Positions 17,974 to 27,945 of a stretch of 64,000 nucleotides of DNA are shown here, piece after piece. Source of the DNA: an uncultured delta proteobacterium (GTDB taxonomy: Bacteria > Desulfobacterota > Binatia > JACPRU01); the NCBI GenBank assembly GCA_963745025.1, contig CAVUWD010000008.1:220854-284853 (forward strand), given 5' to 3'. The notes beneath the pieces were generated by a model that did no database searches, was not told the origin of the DNA, and worked only from the letters and a program-made list of their open reading frames with translations. Both the position numbers and the translations under genes were made by a program. How positions within the stretch are numbered: position 1 is the stretch's first letter; the number at the start of each line of letters is the position of its first letter.

Positions 17974-19239
17974 GTGCACACATTCAAAATCGGCATCGTT
18001 GCGGCGGTCGTCGTCGCGCTGGCGCGGCCGGCGGCGGGCGATGAGCAGACGCCCGCACCCCTTCGACTCGGCGACGTGCTCGCGCAGGCGCGGAGCCAGA
18101 ACCCGGCGATCGCGGCCGCGCGGGAACGAGCGAAGGCGGCGGGCTTCGCGCCCGTCCAGGCTTCGGCTTACGACGATCCCACGATCGGCTACGAGGCCTG
18201 GAACGCGCCGGAGTCCTTCGACCTCGACCACGCCGACAACAACATCCTAAAGCTCTCCCAGCGGGTGCCGTTTCCGGGCAAGCGCTCGCTCGCGGGCAAG
18301 ATCGCGGAGCGCGACGCGGACGTGGCCGGGCGCCGGGCGGATGCCGTCGAGCTCGACGTCGTCGCCGCGGTCAAGCGTGCCTACTATGGGCTCTGGCAAG
18401 CGCACCAAAATCTAGAGATCTACTCGCGCGACAAGCAGCTGGTCGAGCAGTTCGCCACGATCGCCGAGCAGAAGTATGCCGTCGGACAGGTGTCGCAGCC
18501 CGACGTCCTGCGCGCGCAAGTCGAGCTCACCCGACTCATCAACCGCGTGACGACCCAGACCCTGGGGATCGACGGCGCCGCTGCCGAGCTCAACGCGCTG
18601 CTCAGCCGGCCGGCCACGAGCCCGCTCGGCGTTCCCGAGGATCCGCCCACGCCGCGTCTCGCCGAAGCCGCCGCAGCGCTCTCCGACCGGGCGCTCGAGA
18701 ATCGGCCCGAGACGAGCGCCGCGGCGGCGGCGGTGGCGCGGGAAGAGGAGAAGGTGCGCATGGCCAGGCTCGACTACTTCCCCGACTTCGAATTCGCCGT
18801 CTCCCGGTTCTTCAACTTCGATCACCCCGACGGCGTGGGCCTGATGGCGTCGCTGTCGCTGCCGATCGCCTACAAGTGGAAGTACGACGCCGCGCTCGGC
18901 GAGGCCGACGCACGCCTACAAGCCGCCAAAGCAGACCTCCGCCGCCAGCAGGACCGTGTGCGCAAGGAGGTCGAGCAGGCGTTCATCCGCGCCCGGACGG
19001 CGCTCTTGCAGCGCGAGCTCCACGTGACCACCCACGTTCCCCAGGCCGAGCAGGCGCTGGTGGCGAGCGAGATGGCCTACCAGACCGGCAAGCTCGATTT
19101 TCTCTCACTGATCGACAGCATCCGAGTGATCGAGGCCGTGCATCTCGATCACGTCGAGGCGGAGGCGAGCTTCGAGAAGGCGTTCGCCGACCTGGAGCGA
19201 GCCGTCGGTGGACCGATCGAGAGGAGTGCCGCGCAATGA
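17974..19239 (+). CDS. TolC/CusC-like outer membrane factor
   Basis: Signal peptide, LSQRVPFPGKR, YAVGQVSQPDVLRAQVE, YQTGKLDFLSLID. Confidence 0.9.
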   Translation: MHTFKIGIVAAVVVALARPAAGDEQTPAPLRLGDVLAQARSQNPAIAAARERAKAAGFAPVQASAYDDPTIGYEAWNAPESFDLDHADNNILKLSQRVPFPGKRSLAGKIAERDADVAGRRADAVELDVVAAVKRAYYGLWQAHQNLEIYSRDKQLVEQFATIAEQKYAVGQVSQPDVLRAQVELTRLINRVTTQTLGIDGAAAELNALLSRPATSPLGVPEDPPTPRLAEAAAALSDRALENRPETSAAAAAVAREEEKVRMARLDYFPDFEFAVSRFFNFDHPDGVGLMASLSLPIAYKWKYDAALGEADARLQAAKADLRRQQDRVRKEVEQAFIRARTALLQRELHVTTHVPQAEQALVASEMAYQTGKLDFLSLIDSIRVIEAVHLDHVEAEASFEKAFADLERAVGGPIERSAAQ

Positions 19240-20810
19240 AGATCTCGCGGAAACGTTTGGGTCTGCGGAACGCGGCGATCGTGCTGGCCGTTTTGGCGAT
19301 CGGCGGCGTCGGGTTGCCCGAGCGGGCGGCGGCCGACGCCGCCGCCGATCACGGCGAGAGCGCGCGGGCCGCCATCCGGCTCGATGCCGAGCAGCAGCAA
19401 GCGATGGGCCTCACCTATGGCGTCGTCGAGCGGCGTTCCCTCGACAAGACGATCCGTACGGTCGGGCGGTTCGACTACGACGAGCGGAAGCTCGCCGCCG
19501 TCACGCTGAAGATCAGCGGCTACATCAAGGACCTGTTCGTCGACTACACGGGGAAGAGGGTTCGCAAGGGCGAGCCGCTGTTCACGATCTACAGCCCCGA
19601 GCTGGTGAGCGGCGAGCAGGAATACCTGCTCGCCGTGCGCAACCAGAAGGAGCTCGGGAAGAGTCAGGTGCCGAGCGCGGCGCAGTCGGCCGCGTCGCTG
19701 CTTCGCGCCAGCCGCGAGCGTTTGCTGCTCTGGGATCTGAGCGAGCGGCAGGTCCGCGAGCTCGAGGAAGCGGGTAAGCCGAGCCTCTACCAGACGATCT
19801 CCTCGCCGGCGTCGGGCATCGTGCTCGAGAAGATGGTCGTGGCCGGCCAGAGCGTGCAGGCCGGGATGACGCTCTACAAGATCGCCGATCTGTCGACGAT
19901 CTGGGTGTACGGCGACATCTACGAGTACGAGCTGCCGTTCGTGAAGGTCGGCCAGAAGGCAGAGATCCGGCTTTCCTACGCGCCCGGCCGATCCTTCGTC
20001 GCGCGGGTCGCGTACGTCTATCCGACGCTCGATCCCAAGACCCGTACCGTGAAGGTCCGCTTCGAGCTGCCGAATTCCACCGACGACCTCCTTCGTCCGG
20101 AGATGTACGGAAGCGTCGAGCTCCGCGTGCCGCTCGGCGAGCGTCTCGTCATTCCAAAGACTGCGATTCTCGACTCCGGCCGGCGCCAGCGGGTGTTCGT
20201 CGCGGCCGGCGACGGCCGACTCACCCCGCGCGAAGTCAAGCTCGGCGATCGCGTCGACGACTACGTCGAGGTCCGAGAAGGCCTCCAGCCGGGCGAGCGC
20301 GTGGTGACGAGCGCGAACTTCCTCGTCGATTCCGAGAGCCAGCTCCAGGGAGCGGAGAGCATGATGAGCATGATGGGCGCAGTCGGCATGGGCGATCGGA
20401 AGATGGAGGGCGCGAAGTCGATGTCGATGGGCGGGGGCAACGAGCCCGCGACGAAGGAAACGACGGCGCCGGACACACCGAGCGTTGCGGCCGAGGAGAG
20501 ACGCGTCGGCGATCTCATGGTGAGCGTTTACCCGGCGACCGGCACTGCGAAGGTCGGCGCGTCGGCGATCCGCGTCCGGGTGCGTGATGCGACGGGCGCC
20601 GCGGTCGGGCAGGCGAAGGTCCGCTTCGAATACACGATGGACATGGCGGGCGCGTCGATCGAGAGCGGCGAAGCGGGCGAGATCGGCGCTGGGGTCTTCG
20701 AGGGAATGGCGAAGTTCACGATGGCAGGACCCTGGGCCGTGGTGATCCAGATCGATCGCCCCGGGAAGCCGACGCTGCGCGGCAAGTTCACGCTGCGGGT
20801 GGGCGGATGA
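19236..20810 (+). CDS. cusB: CusB-like RND periplasmic adaptor with Met-rich linker and C-terminal YtkA/FixH-like domain
   Basis: IYSPELVSGEQEYL, IADLSTIWV, YPTLDPKTRT, LRPEMY, ANFLVDSES; tail YTMDMAG...FTMAGPW. Confidence 0.85.
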   Translation: MKISRKRLGLRNAAIVLAVLAIGGVGLPERAAADAAADHGESARAAIRLDAEQQQAMGLTYGVVERRSLDKTIRTVGRFDYDERKLAAVTLKISGYIKDLFVDYTGKRVRKGEPLFTIYSPELVSGEQEYLLAVRNQKELGKSQVPSAAQSAASLLRASRERLLLWDLSERQVRELEEAGKPSLYQTISSPASGIVLEKMVVAGQSVQAGMTLYKIADLSTIWVYGDIYEYELPFVKVGQKAEIRLSYAPGRSFVARVAYVYPTLDPKTRTVKVRFELPNSTDDLLRPEMYGSVELRVPLGERLVIPKTAILDSGRRQRVFVAAGDGRLTPREVKLGDRVDDYVEVREGLQPGERVVTSANFLVDSESQLQGAESMMSMMGAVGMGDRKMEGAKSMSMGGGNEPATKETTAPDTPSVAAEERRVGDLMVSVYPATGTAKVGASAIRVRVRDATGAAVGQAKVRFEYTMDMAGASIESGEAGEIGAGVFEGMAKFTMAGPWAVVIQIDRPGKPTLRGKFTLRVGG

Positions 20811-20822
20811 GAAGAGGGGCAC

Positions 20823-21271
20823 GCGACGCCCATCGGAAGCGCAGCGCCGCGCGGACGGGGGCGAAGTCAAGGGGCCCCGGATTCACTTCGGGGCGCGACG
20901 CCCATCGGAGCACGGCGCGAAGCGCCGCGCGGACGGGGGCGAAGTCGAGGGAGCGCCCCGGATTTACTTCGGGGCGCGGACGCCCATCGGAGCACGGCGC
21001 GAAGCGCCGCGCGGACGGGGGCGAAATCGAGGGAGCGCCCCGGATTTACTTCGGGGCGCGACGCCCATCGGAGCACGGCGCGAAGCGGCGTGCGGACGGG
21101 GGCGAAATCGAGGGAGCGCCCCGGATTTACTTCGGGGCGCGACGCCCATCGGAGCACGGCGCGAAGCGGCGCGCGGACGGGGGCGAAATCGAGGGAGCGC
21201 CCCGGATTTACTTCGGGGCGCGACGCCCATCGGAGCACGGCGCGAAGCGGCGTGCGGACGGGGGCGAAATC
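20823..21271. repeat. 81-bp tandem array, about 5.5 copies, each with an internal hairpin
   Basis: Unit gcgacgcccatcggagcacggcgcgaagcggcgtgcggacgggggcgaaatcgagggagcgccccggatttacttcggggc; hairpin gcgccccgga-tttac-ttcggggcgc; first copy shorter and more diverged. Confidence 0.95.
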
Positions 21272-21274
21272 AAA

Positions 21275-24200
21275 ATGATCGACCGAATCATCGAATACAG
21301 CGCGCGCAACCGCTTTCTCGTCGTGCTGCTCGTCGCCTTCGCGACCGCCGCCGGCGTGTGGTCGCTCCGCCAGAGCCCGCTCGACGCGATCCCCGACCTT
21401 TCGGACGTCCAGGTGATCATCTTCACCGATTGGCCGGGCCGGAGCCCCGACATCGTCGAAGATCAGATCACCTATCCGATCATTAGCACGATGATCGCGG
21501 CGCCCCGGGTGAACTACGTGCGCGGCGAGTCGATGCTCGGCTACTCGTTCGTCAACGTCGTCTTCCAGGACGGCACCGACCTCTACTGGGCGCGAAGCCG
21601 CGTTCTCGAGTACATGCAAGGGATCACCGGGCGCTTGCCCGAAGGCGTGAGCCCGCGCCTCGGACCGGACGCGACGGGAGTCGGCTGGGTCTACGAGTAC
21701 GCTCTCGTCGACAGGAGCGGAACGCACACGCTGGCGGATCTCCGCTCCTTCCAGGACTGGCATCTGCGTTACTGGCTGGAAGCCGTTCCCGGCGTCGCCG
21801 AGGTCGCCTCGGTCGGCGGCTTCGTCAAGCAGTACCAGGTCGAGATCAAGCCGGCGACGCTGCTCGCCTTCCGGCTGCCGTTCCAGCAGGTGATGGAGGC
21901 CATCCGGCGCTCGAACAACGAGGTCGGCGGGCGCCTCATCGAATTCAACGGCACCGAGTACATGGTGCGGGGAAGGGGATACGTCCGGTCGGTCGACGAC
22001 GTCGAGAAGATCGTCGTCGGCACGAACGGAAGCGGCACGCCGATCTCGATTCGCGACATCGGCACCGTCCACCTCGGCCCGGATCTCCGCCGCGGCCTCG
22101 TCGAGCTCGACGGCAACGGGGAGGTGGTGGGGGGCGTCGTCGTCATGCGTCAGGGCGAGAACGCGCTTCGTGTCATCGACGGCGTCAAGCGAAAGCTCGC
22201 GGAAGTGGAGAAGTCGCTGCCGCCCGGCGTCGAGGTGGTGGCGACGTACGATCGGTCTGACGCTCATCCGCCGCGCGATCGACACGCTGAAGCGCACGCT
22301 CGTCGAGGAGCTCGCGATCGTCAGCCTGGTGATCCTCGTATTCCTCTGGCACATCCCGAGCGCCGCGATCCCGATCGTCACGATCCCGATCGCCGTCCTG
22401 CTCTCGTTCATTCCGATGCATGCGATGGGCATCACGGCGAACATCATGTCGCTCGGCGGGATCGCGGTGGCGATCGGCGCCATGGTCGATGCCGCGATCG
22501 TCGTCGTCGAGCAGACGCACAAGAAGCTCGAGCGGTGGCAGTCCGACGGCCGCCCGGGGAGCTTCCGCGACGTCGTCGTCGGCGCCGTGAAGGAAGTCGG
22601 CGGCCCCAGCTTCTTCTCGCTGCTGGTGATCGCCGTCTCGTTTCTGCCGATCTTCGCGCTCGAGGCGCAGGAAGGCCGGCTCTTCAAGCCGCTCGCGTTC
22701 ACCAAGAACTTCTCGATCGCGATCGCCGCCCTGCTGGCGATCACCCTGGATCCGGCGGTGCGCCTCATCTTCACGCGCGTCGATCCGTATTCGTTCCGGC
22801 CGCGCTGGCTCTGTCGCATCGTCAATGCCGTCTTCGTCGGCACGATCCACAGCGAGGAGACCCATCCGATCAGCCGGCCGCTGATGCGGCTCTACCAGCC
22901 GGCGATCGAGGTCGTGCTGCGCTTTCGCTGGCTGACGATCGCCGCCGCCATCCTCGTGGTCGCGGCGACGGTGCCGATCTACTTCCGGCTCGGTTCGGAA
23001 TTCATGCCGCCCCTCAACGAAGGCACGATTCTCTACATGCCGACGGCGCTGCCGGGCATGTCGATCACCCAGGCGCGCGCGGCGATCCAGACGCAGGATC
23101 GCATGATCAAGCAGCTTCCCGAGGTGGCGAGCGTCTTCGGCAAATCCGGCCGCGCCGAGACGCCGACCGATCCGGCGCCGCTCAACATGTTCGAGACGGT
23201 CGTGACGCTGAAGCCCGAGGATCAGTGGCGGCCGGGAATGACCTGGGACAAGCTCCTCGACGAGCTCGACCGCACGGTTCGCCTCCCCGGCATGCCCAAC
23301 ATCTGGTGGATGCCCATCCAGACGCGGACGGAAATGCTCGCCACGGGAATCCGCAGCGTTCTCGGGATCAAGGTGTTCGGCGCCGATCTCGGCGGAGATC
23401 GGTCGCGTCTCCAAGGAGATCGAGCAAGCGCTTGCGGCCGTGCCCGGCACGCGCAGTGCTTTCGCCGAACGGACGACCGGCGGCTACTACTTGAACTTCG
23501 ACGTGAATCGCGACGCGATCGCCCGCTACGGCCTCACCGTCGGAGACGTGCAAGACATCGTCGAATCGGCGATCGGCGGCACCGACGTCTCGCAGACCGT
23601 CGAAGGGCGCGAGCGCTACTCGATCAACGTCCGCTACGCTCGCGACGAGCGCAGCGACCTGCAGAGCCTCGAGCGGGTGCTGGTGTCGGCCCCGATGGGG
23701 TGCAGATCCCTCTCGCCGAACTGGCGACGATCTCCGTGTCGACGGCTCCTCCGTCGATCCACGACGAGAACGGCGAGATCGCCGGCTACGTGTTCGTCGA
23801 CGTGGCGCGACGCGATCTCGGCAGTTACGTCGCCGAGGCCAAGCGCGTCGTCGGCGAGCAGGTGAAGCTGCCTGCCCGGCTACCACCTCGAGTGGGCCGG
23901 TCAGTTCCAGTATCTCGAGCGCGCGCGGGCCCGCCTCGCGATCGTCGTGCCGTTCACGCTGCTGATCGTCTTCATCCTTCTCTACGTGAACACCGGCTCG
24001 ATCGCGAAGACCCTGATCATCCTCCTGGCCGTTCCGTTCTCGGCCGTGGGGGCGATTTGGCTGCTCTGGCTTCTCGACTACAACATGTCGATCGCCGTCT
24101 GGGTCGGCCTCATCGCGCTGCTCGGCGTCGACGCCGAGACCGGCGTGTTCATGCTCCTCTACCTGGACTTGGCGTTCGAGGAGCGCCGGCGCGAGGGACG

Positions 24201-24474
24201 CCTCACGTCCGCGGCGGATCTTCGCGAGGCGATCATCGAGGGCGCGGTCAAGCGCCTGCGGCCCAAGGTGATGACCGTCGGCGTGATGTTCCTGGGGCTC
24301 CTGCCGATCCTCTGGTCGCACGGCACGGGAGCCGACGTGATGAAGCGCATCGCCGCGCCGATGGTCGGCGGGATCTTCACGTCGTTCCTGATGGAGCTCC
24401 TCGTCTACCCCGCGATCTATTCCATCTGGCGGGGCCGAGAGGTGAATCGGCAGCCCTCGACGATCGGTTCATGA
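21275..24474 (+). CDS. cusA: CusA/CzcA heavy-metal RND permease, four apparent single-base frameshifts
   Basis: LDAIPDLSDVQVII, DLYWARSRVLEY, GPDATGVGWVYEY, AIGAMVDAAIV, GSEFMPPLNEG, DPAPLNMFET, MKRIAAPMVGG; slips near 22258, 23390, 23690, 23872. Confidence 0.9.
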
Positions 24475-24523
24475 GTGGTCTTCGCGGACATGGGGACCGC
24501 GATGTTTGATAAGGAGAGCGGTC

Positions 24524-24886
24524 ATGAAGAGAGTCAGCGCATTGGTGGTCGTCACGTTTCTGTTCCTGGGCGCGGTGCTGCTGCCGGCGAGCCGCTTGCC
24601 AGCGGAAGAGCAGATGGACATGGAGAAGATGATCTCTTCGGCCAAGACCGCCGCCGATCACGAGGCGCTCGCGGCCGAATACGAGAGCGAGGCGGCCGCC
24701 GCGAGGGCCAAGGCCGCCGAACACCGCAAGATGGCGGAGAGCTACAAGACGCTCGGGGGCGCGGCGATCGGCAAGCTTCATCTCGACGAGCATTGCGAGC
24801 GCCTCGTGAAGTCGTACGAGAAGGCAGCAACGGAATCCGAGGCGATGGCGAAGGCGCATCGTGAGATGGCGAAAGCGGCGAAGTAG
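24524..24886 (+). CDS. Exported helical His/Met-containing protein, possible metal binder
   Basis: AAGGAG RBS, signal peptide, ADHEALA..Y...EHRKMA..Y...EHC...MAKAHREMA. Confidence 0.75.
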   Translation: MKRVSALVVVTFLFLGAVLLPASRLPAEEQMDMEKMISSAKTAADHEALAAEYESEAAAARAKAAEHRKMAESYKTLGGAAIGKLHLDEHCERLVKSYEKAATESEAMAKAHREMAKAAK

Positions 24887-24919
24887 GGGCGGGTTTCGCA
24901 CCGATTACTCGTCTCCGCT

Positions 24920-24953
24920 GGACCACAGGCCGCTCCCGAGCGGCCTGTGGTCC
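24920..24953 (+). terminator. Strong hairpin after the efflux operon (no U tract)
   Basis: ggaccacaggccgctc-cc-gagcggcctgtggtcc perfect inverted repeat. Confidence 0.55.
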
Positions 24954-25276
24954 GCGTCGCTCCCGCAATGATGGCTTGACGAAGTCCCGCGCACTTCAGA
25001 CCATGTTCGCCGCGTGAGAGAAGTCCGTGAGAGAGCAGCGACCGCCGAACCGCTGATTCGCTCTGTTTCGGTACGAGGATTGCCGCTCGCTCACGCCGGT
25101 CGCGCAGCTCGGGCCGGGCACGGAGGCGACCGTGGCCGCGGAGATCGCCGCGGCCTTGCAGCGGCACATCGAGCTCGTGGAGTCCCCCAGCGGCGGAGCG
25201 CTGCCTCACCTCGTCGCTATCCAACGCAAAGTCGTCGAAGAGCGAGCGCAGACGCTCGAGCGCTGCTCGATCGCGC

Positions 25277-26431
25277 CTACTGCGCTTCGAGGATGCGCAG
25301 GATCTCCCGCGCGACGAACACGCGATCTCGCTTCCGGCCGGTCGCCTCTTCGAGAATCCCGGCATCGACGAGCTTTGCGATCGTGAGCTGAGCGGACCGA
25401 GGGGTCACATCGAGAATCTTCGCTGCCCGCGCGACGCTCATCGCCGGCGCCTCGAAGAGTCGATCGACGATCCGCAACGGAAGTCCGGGAGCGCGCGCAG
25501 CCTCGAGCTTTCGACGATACTTCTGGCGGAGATCGAGAAGGCGCCCGGATCGACGGATGGCGTCATCCGATTCGTGGCGCACGCCTTCGAGGAAGTAGAG
25601 GATCCATTCGCGCCAGGCCCCGTGCTGATTCACCGCGAGGAGGTGCCCGTAATAGTCCTCGCGCCTGCGCTCGAAGAATGCGCTCAGATACAGCACCGGT
25701 GCCGGCAGAAGCTGCCACTCGCAAAGAAGGAGCGTGATCAACAGCCGCCCGACCCGGCCGTTGCCGTCGAGGAACGGATGAATCGCCTCGAAGTGCTGAT
25801 GGAGCATCGCCAGGCGGACGAGCGGCGGCAGCGTCGAAGGCGCATGAAGAAAGTTCTCGAAGGCGCCGAGTGCGCGCTTCATCTCGTCGACCGGGGGCGG
25901 GACGTAGGTCGCGTCCGCGAGCGAGCTTCCGGGCGGGCCGATCCAATTCTGCGATCGACGGAACTCACCGGGCGTCGCGTGGTCCCCGCGAACTCCCTTC
26001 ATCAGGCGTCCGTGAACCTCTCGCAGGAGGCGGAGGCCCATCGGTAGCGTCTTCAGGCGTTCGAGGCCGTATTCGAGAGCCGTCACGTAGTTGGCGACTT
26101 CGTTCACATCCGGCATCGAGGCCGCAGCCTTTCTCGTCGACAACGCCTCGAACCGGGCGAGATCGGAGACGTTTGCACGCGTTCCTTCGATGCGGCTCGA
26201 CAGTACGGCTTCCCGCCGAATGAACGGAGCAATCAGCAGATACGGGTTGAGTAACGTCCGCGTGAGCCCGGCAAGCTCCCCGAGCCGGCGACTCGCCTCC
26301 GCGAGGGGTTCGGCGAGGCTCCAGTCCACCTCGACCGGCGGCGGCAAGGGATTCGGGACGTAAGCCCAGTATCCCGTCGATGCCCGGACCACGCGGCCGG
26401 GGCTGTTGGAAGAAAAGTCGCTCGGGAGCAT
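25277..26431 (-). CDS. Fic family protein with C-terminal winged helix
   Basis: REAVLSSRIEGT, PGEFRRSQNWIG, HPFLDGNGRVGR Fic motif, GILEEATGRKRDRVF; start taken at MLPSDF. Confidence 0.93.
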   Translation of the reverse strand: MLPSDFSSNSPGRVVRASTGYWAYVPNPLPPPVEVDWSLAEPLAEASRRLGELAGLTRTLLNPYLLIAPFIRREAVLSSRIEGTRANVSDLARFEALSTRKAAASMPDVNEVANYVTALEYGLERLKTLPMGLRLLREVHGRLMKGVRGDHATPGEFRRSQNWIGPPGSSLADATYVPPPVDEMKRALGAFENFLHAPSTLPPLVRLAMLHQHFEAIHPFLDGNGRVGRLLITLLLCEWQLLPAPVLYLSAFFERRREDYYGHLLAVNQHGAWREWILYFLEGVRHESDDAIRRSGRLLDLRQKYRRKLEAARAPGLPLRIVDRLFEAPAMSVARAAKILDVTPRSAQLTIAKLVDAGILEEATGRKRDRVFVAREILRILEAQ

Positions 26432-26450
26432 CGGGCTCTGGCCAAGATTG

Positions 26451-26514
26451 GCTAAGATACTTCCGTTCGTTCGGGAGCTCGTTATCATACTTTTCACTCG
26501 AAAAGTATCTTAGC
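26451..26514. promoter_or_regulatory. Palindromic candidate operator upstream of fic
   Basis: gctaagatactt...aagtatcttagc IR overlapping atacttttc-actc-gaaaagtat. Confidence 0.5.
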
Positions 26515-26631
26515 TGCCAATTCCCGCGAGCTGGGACAGTTCGGCGAGGTAGTCGATTGTGGTCAGGGGCGACGCGGTTCCGGACATCCAGAGCGGCACG
26601 ACAAAAAGACGCGCGGCGACGAACAGGCTTC

Positions 26632-27012
26632 CTAGCCTTGGCTCAGCTGCTGCACGCGCTGGCCCGAGAGGCCGAGCAGGGTCCCTGCGTCGCGCACGCT
26701 CAAACCGAGCTTCTTTCGAAGGTCGATGACCGCCTTGCGCGTGAGGGCCTGTGCAGCGGCACTCGCGCGGTCGGCCCGCTTCTTGGCGGAGGAGAGCATC
26801 TTGAGTTCCTGCCTGATCTTCGCGGGCAGTCGAACGTCGCGCTCGAGCGTCGCGCCCTCGGCGCCATCGACGAACAGCCCGAGAGCTTCCCGAACCCGGC
26901 GCTCTGCCTCCTCGATCGTGCGGCCCTGCGTGTGACAGCCCGGGATGCCTTTGACCGTCGCGACCCACCAACCGTCTTCGTCGCGTTCGTACCGTACCGT
27001 GTATTTCTTCAC
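26632..27012 (-). CDS. hicB: HicB family antitoxin with C-terminal HTH
   Basis: YERDEDGWWVATVKGIPGCHTQGRTIEEA...REAL; LSVRDAGTLLGLSGQRVQQL. Confidence 0.88.
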   Translation of the reverse strand: MKKYTVRYERDEDGWWVATVKGIPGCHTQGRTIEEAERRVREALGLFVDGAEGATLERDVRLPAKIRQELKMLSSAKKRADRASAAAQALTRKAVIDLRKKLGLSVRDAGTLLGLSGQRVQQLSQG

Positions 27013-27164
27013 CGGTGCAGCCACCCCTTTCCTGTCAGCCATCCCTTTCCGAGACAGGGTTCCAGATCTCGCTCTATGGCGCGAAGGAGCCCCCTGCCGA
27101 GCTCTTCGCCGGCGTGTACCGGAACCGTAGTGGAGCATTTGCCGCATCGCACTCTCACGTGGGC
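27009..27164 (-). pseudogene. hicA: 5'-truncated HicA toxin
   Basis: AHVRVRCGKCSTTVPVHAGEELGRGLLRAIERDL...*; GTGA overlap with hicB; in-frame TAA a few codons upstream. Confidence 0.75.
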
Positions 27165-27216
27165 GCGAGCACAATCCTGGCTTTACCTCACGGGACGCTC
27201 ATAGAATCATGCTCAT

Positions 27217-27456
27217 ATGAGTAATAGACTCCAAGTGCTCGTGCCACCGCAGCTCGATTCCCGGATCCGCAAGGCGGCGCAGAGAAGGCGCCTTTCGAAA
27301 GGGGCATGGGTGCGCCGGGCCCTCGAACACGCGTTGCGCGAGGGGATCGACACGCAGGTCATCACGGAGGACCCCGTTGCGAGACTCGCCGCGCTCAACG
27401 GACCGACGGCCGACATCAAGAAGATGCTCGCGGAGATCGAAGCAGGGCGCCACTGA
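27217..27456 (+). CDS. RHH/CopG-type antitoxin
   Basis: MSNRLQVLV...SKGAWVRRALE...PTADIKKMLAEIEAG; TGATG coupling to the PIN gene. Confidence 0.85.
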   Translation: MSNRLQVLVPPQLDSRIRKAAQRRRLSKGAWVRRALEHALREGIDTQVITEDPVARLAALNGPTADIKKMLAEIEAGRH

Positions 27457-27855
27457 TGGTGTTCATCGATTCGAACGTCCCGATGTACGTGGCGGGTCGA
27501 GAGCACCGGAACCGCGAGCCGGCGCGACGGTTTCTAGATCGCGTGCGCGCGGCTCGGGTCGACGGCTGCACGAGCACGGAGGTGCTTCAGGAGATTCTCA
27601 ATCGCTACAGCGCTCTGCGCCGACCCGATCTCGCCCGACAGGTTTACGATCTCTTCGTCGCCGTCTGCCCCGTTGCTCTTTCCGGTCGATCTCTCGGACA
27701 CCGACCGCGCCCGCGATCTGCTGTGCGGCGGCGAGAACATCTCCGCTCGCGATGCGGTTCATGCGGCGGTCATGCTGAACCGCGGCGTGACCGAGATCGC
27801 GACCTTCGACGAGGCGTTCGACCGGATCGAGGGCATCCGGCGTATCCGGCTCTGA
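27456..27855 (+). CDS. vapC: PIN-domain toxin (VapC family), frameshift near 27680
   Basis: MVFIDSNVPMY...TEVLQEIL, then second frame SARDAVHAAVM...IATFDEAFD. Confidence 0.85.
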
Positions 27856-27945
27856 ATCGGCAGCCGGTCCCGATCTTTTCGACGGAACGGCCGGCGGTAC
27901 GGGCGAGTCGGGTGTTCGCGTTGACCCCTCGAGCCTCTTCCTGTA

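Noticed and set aside
20823-21271. CRISPR array
   Set aside because: Units are near-identical end to end with no unique spacers, and no cas genes are present.
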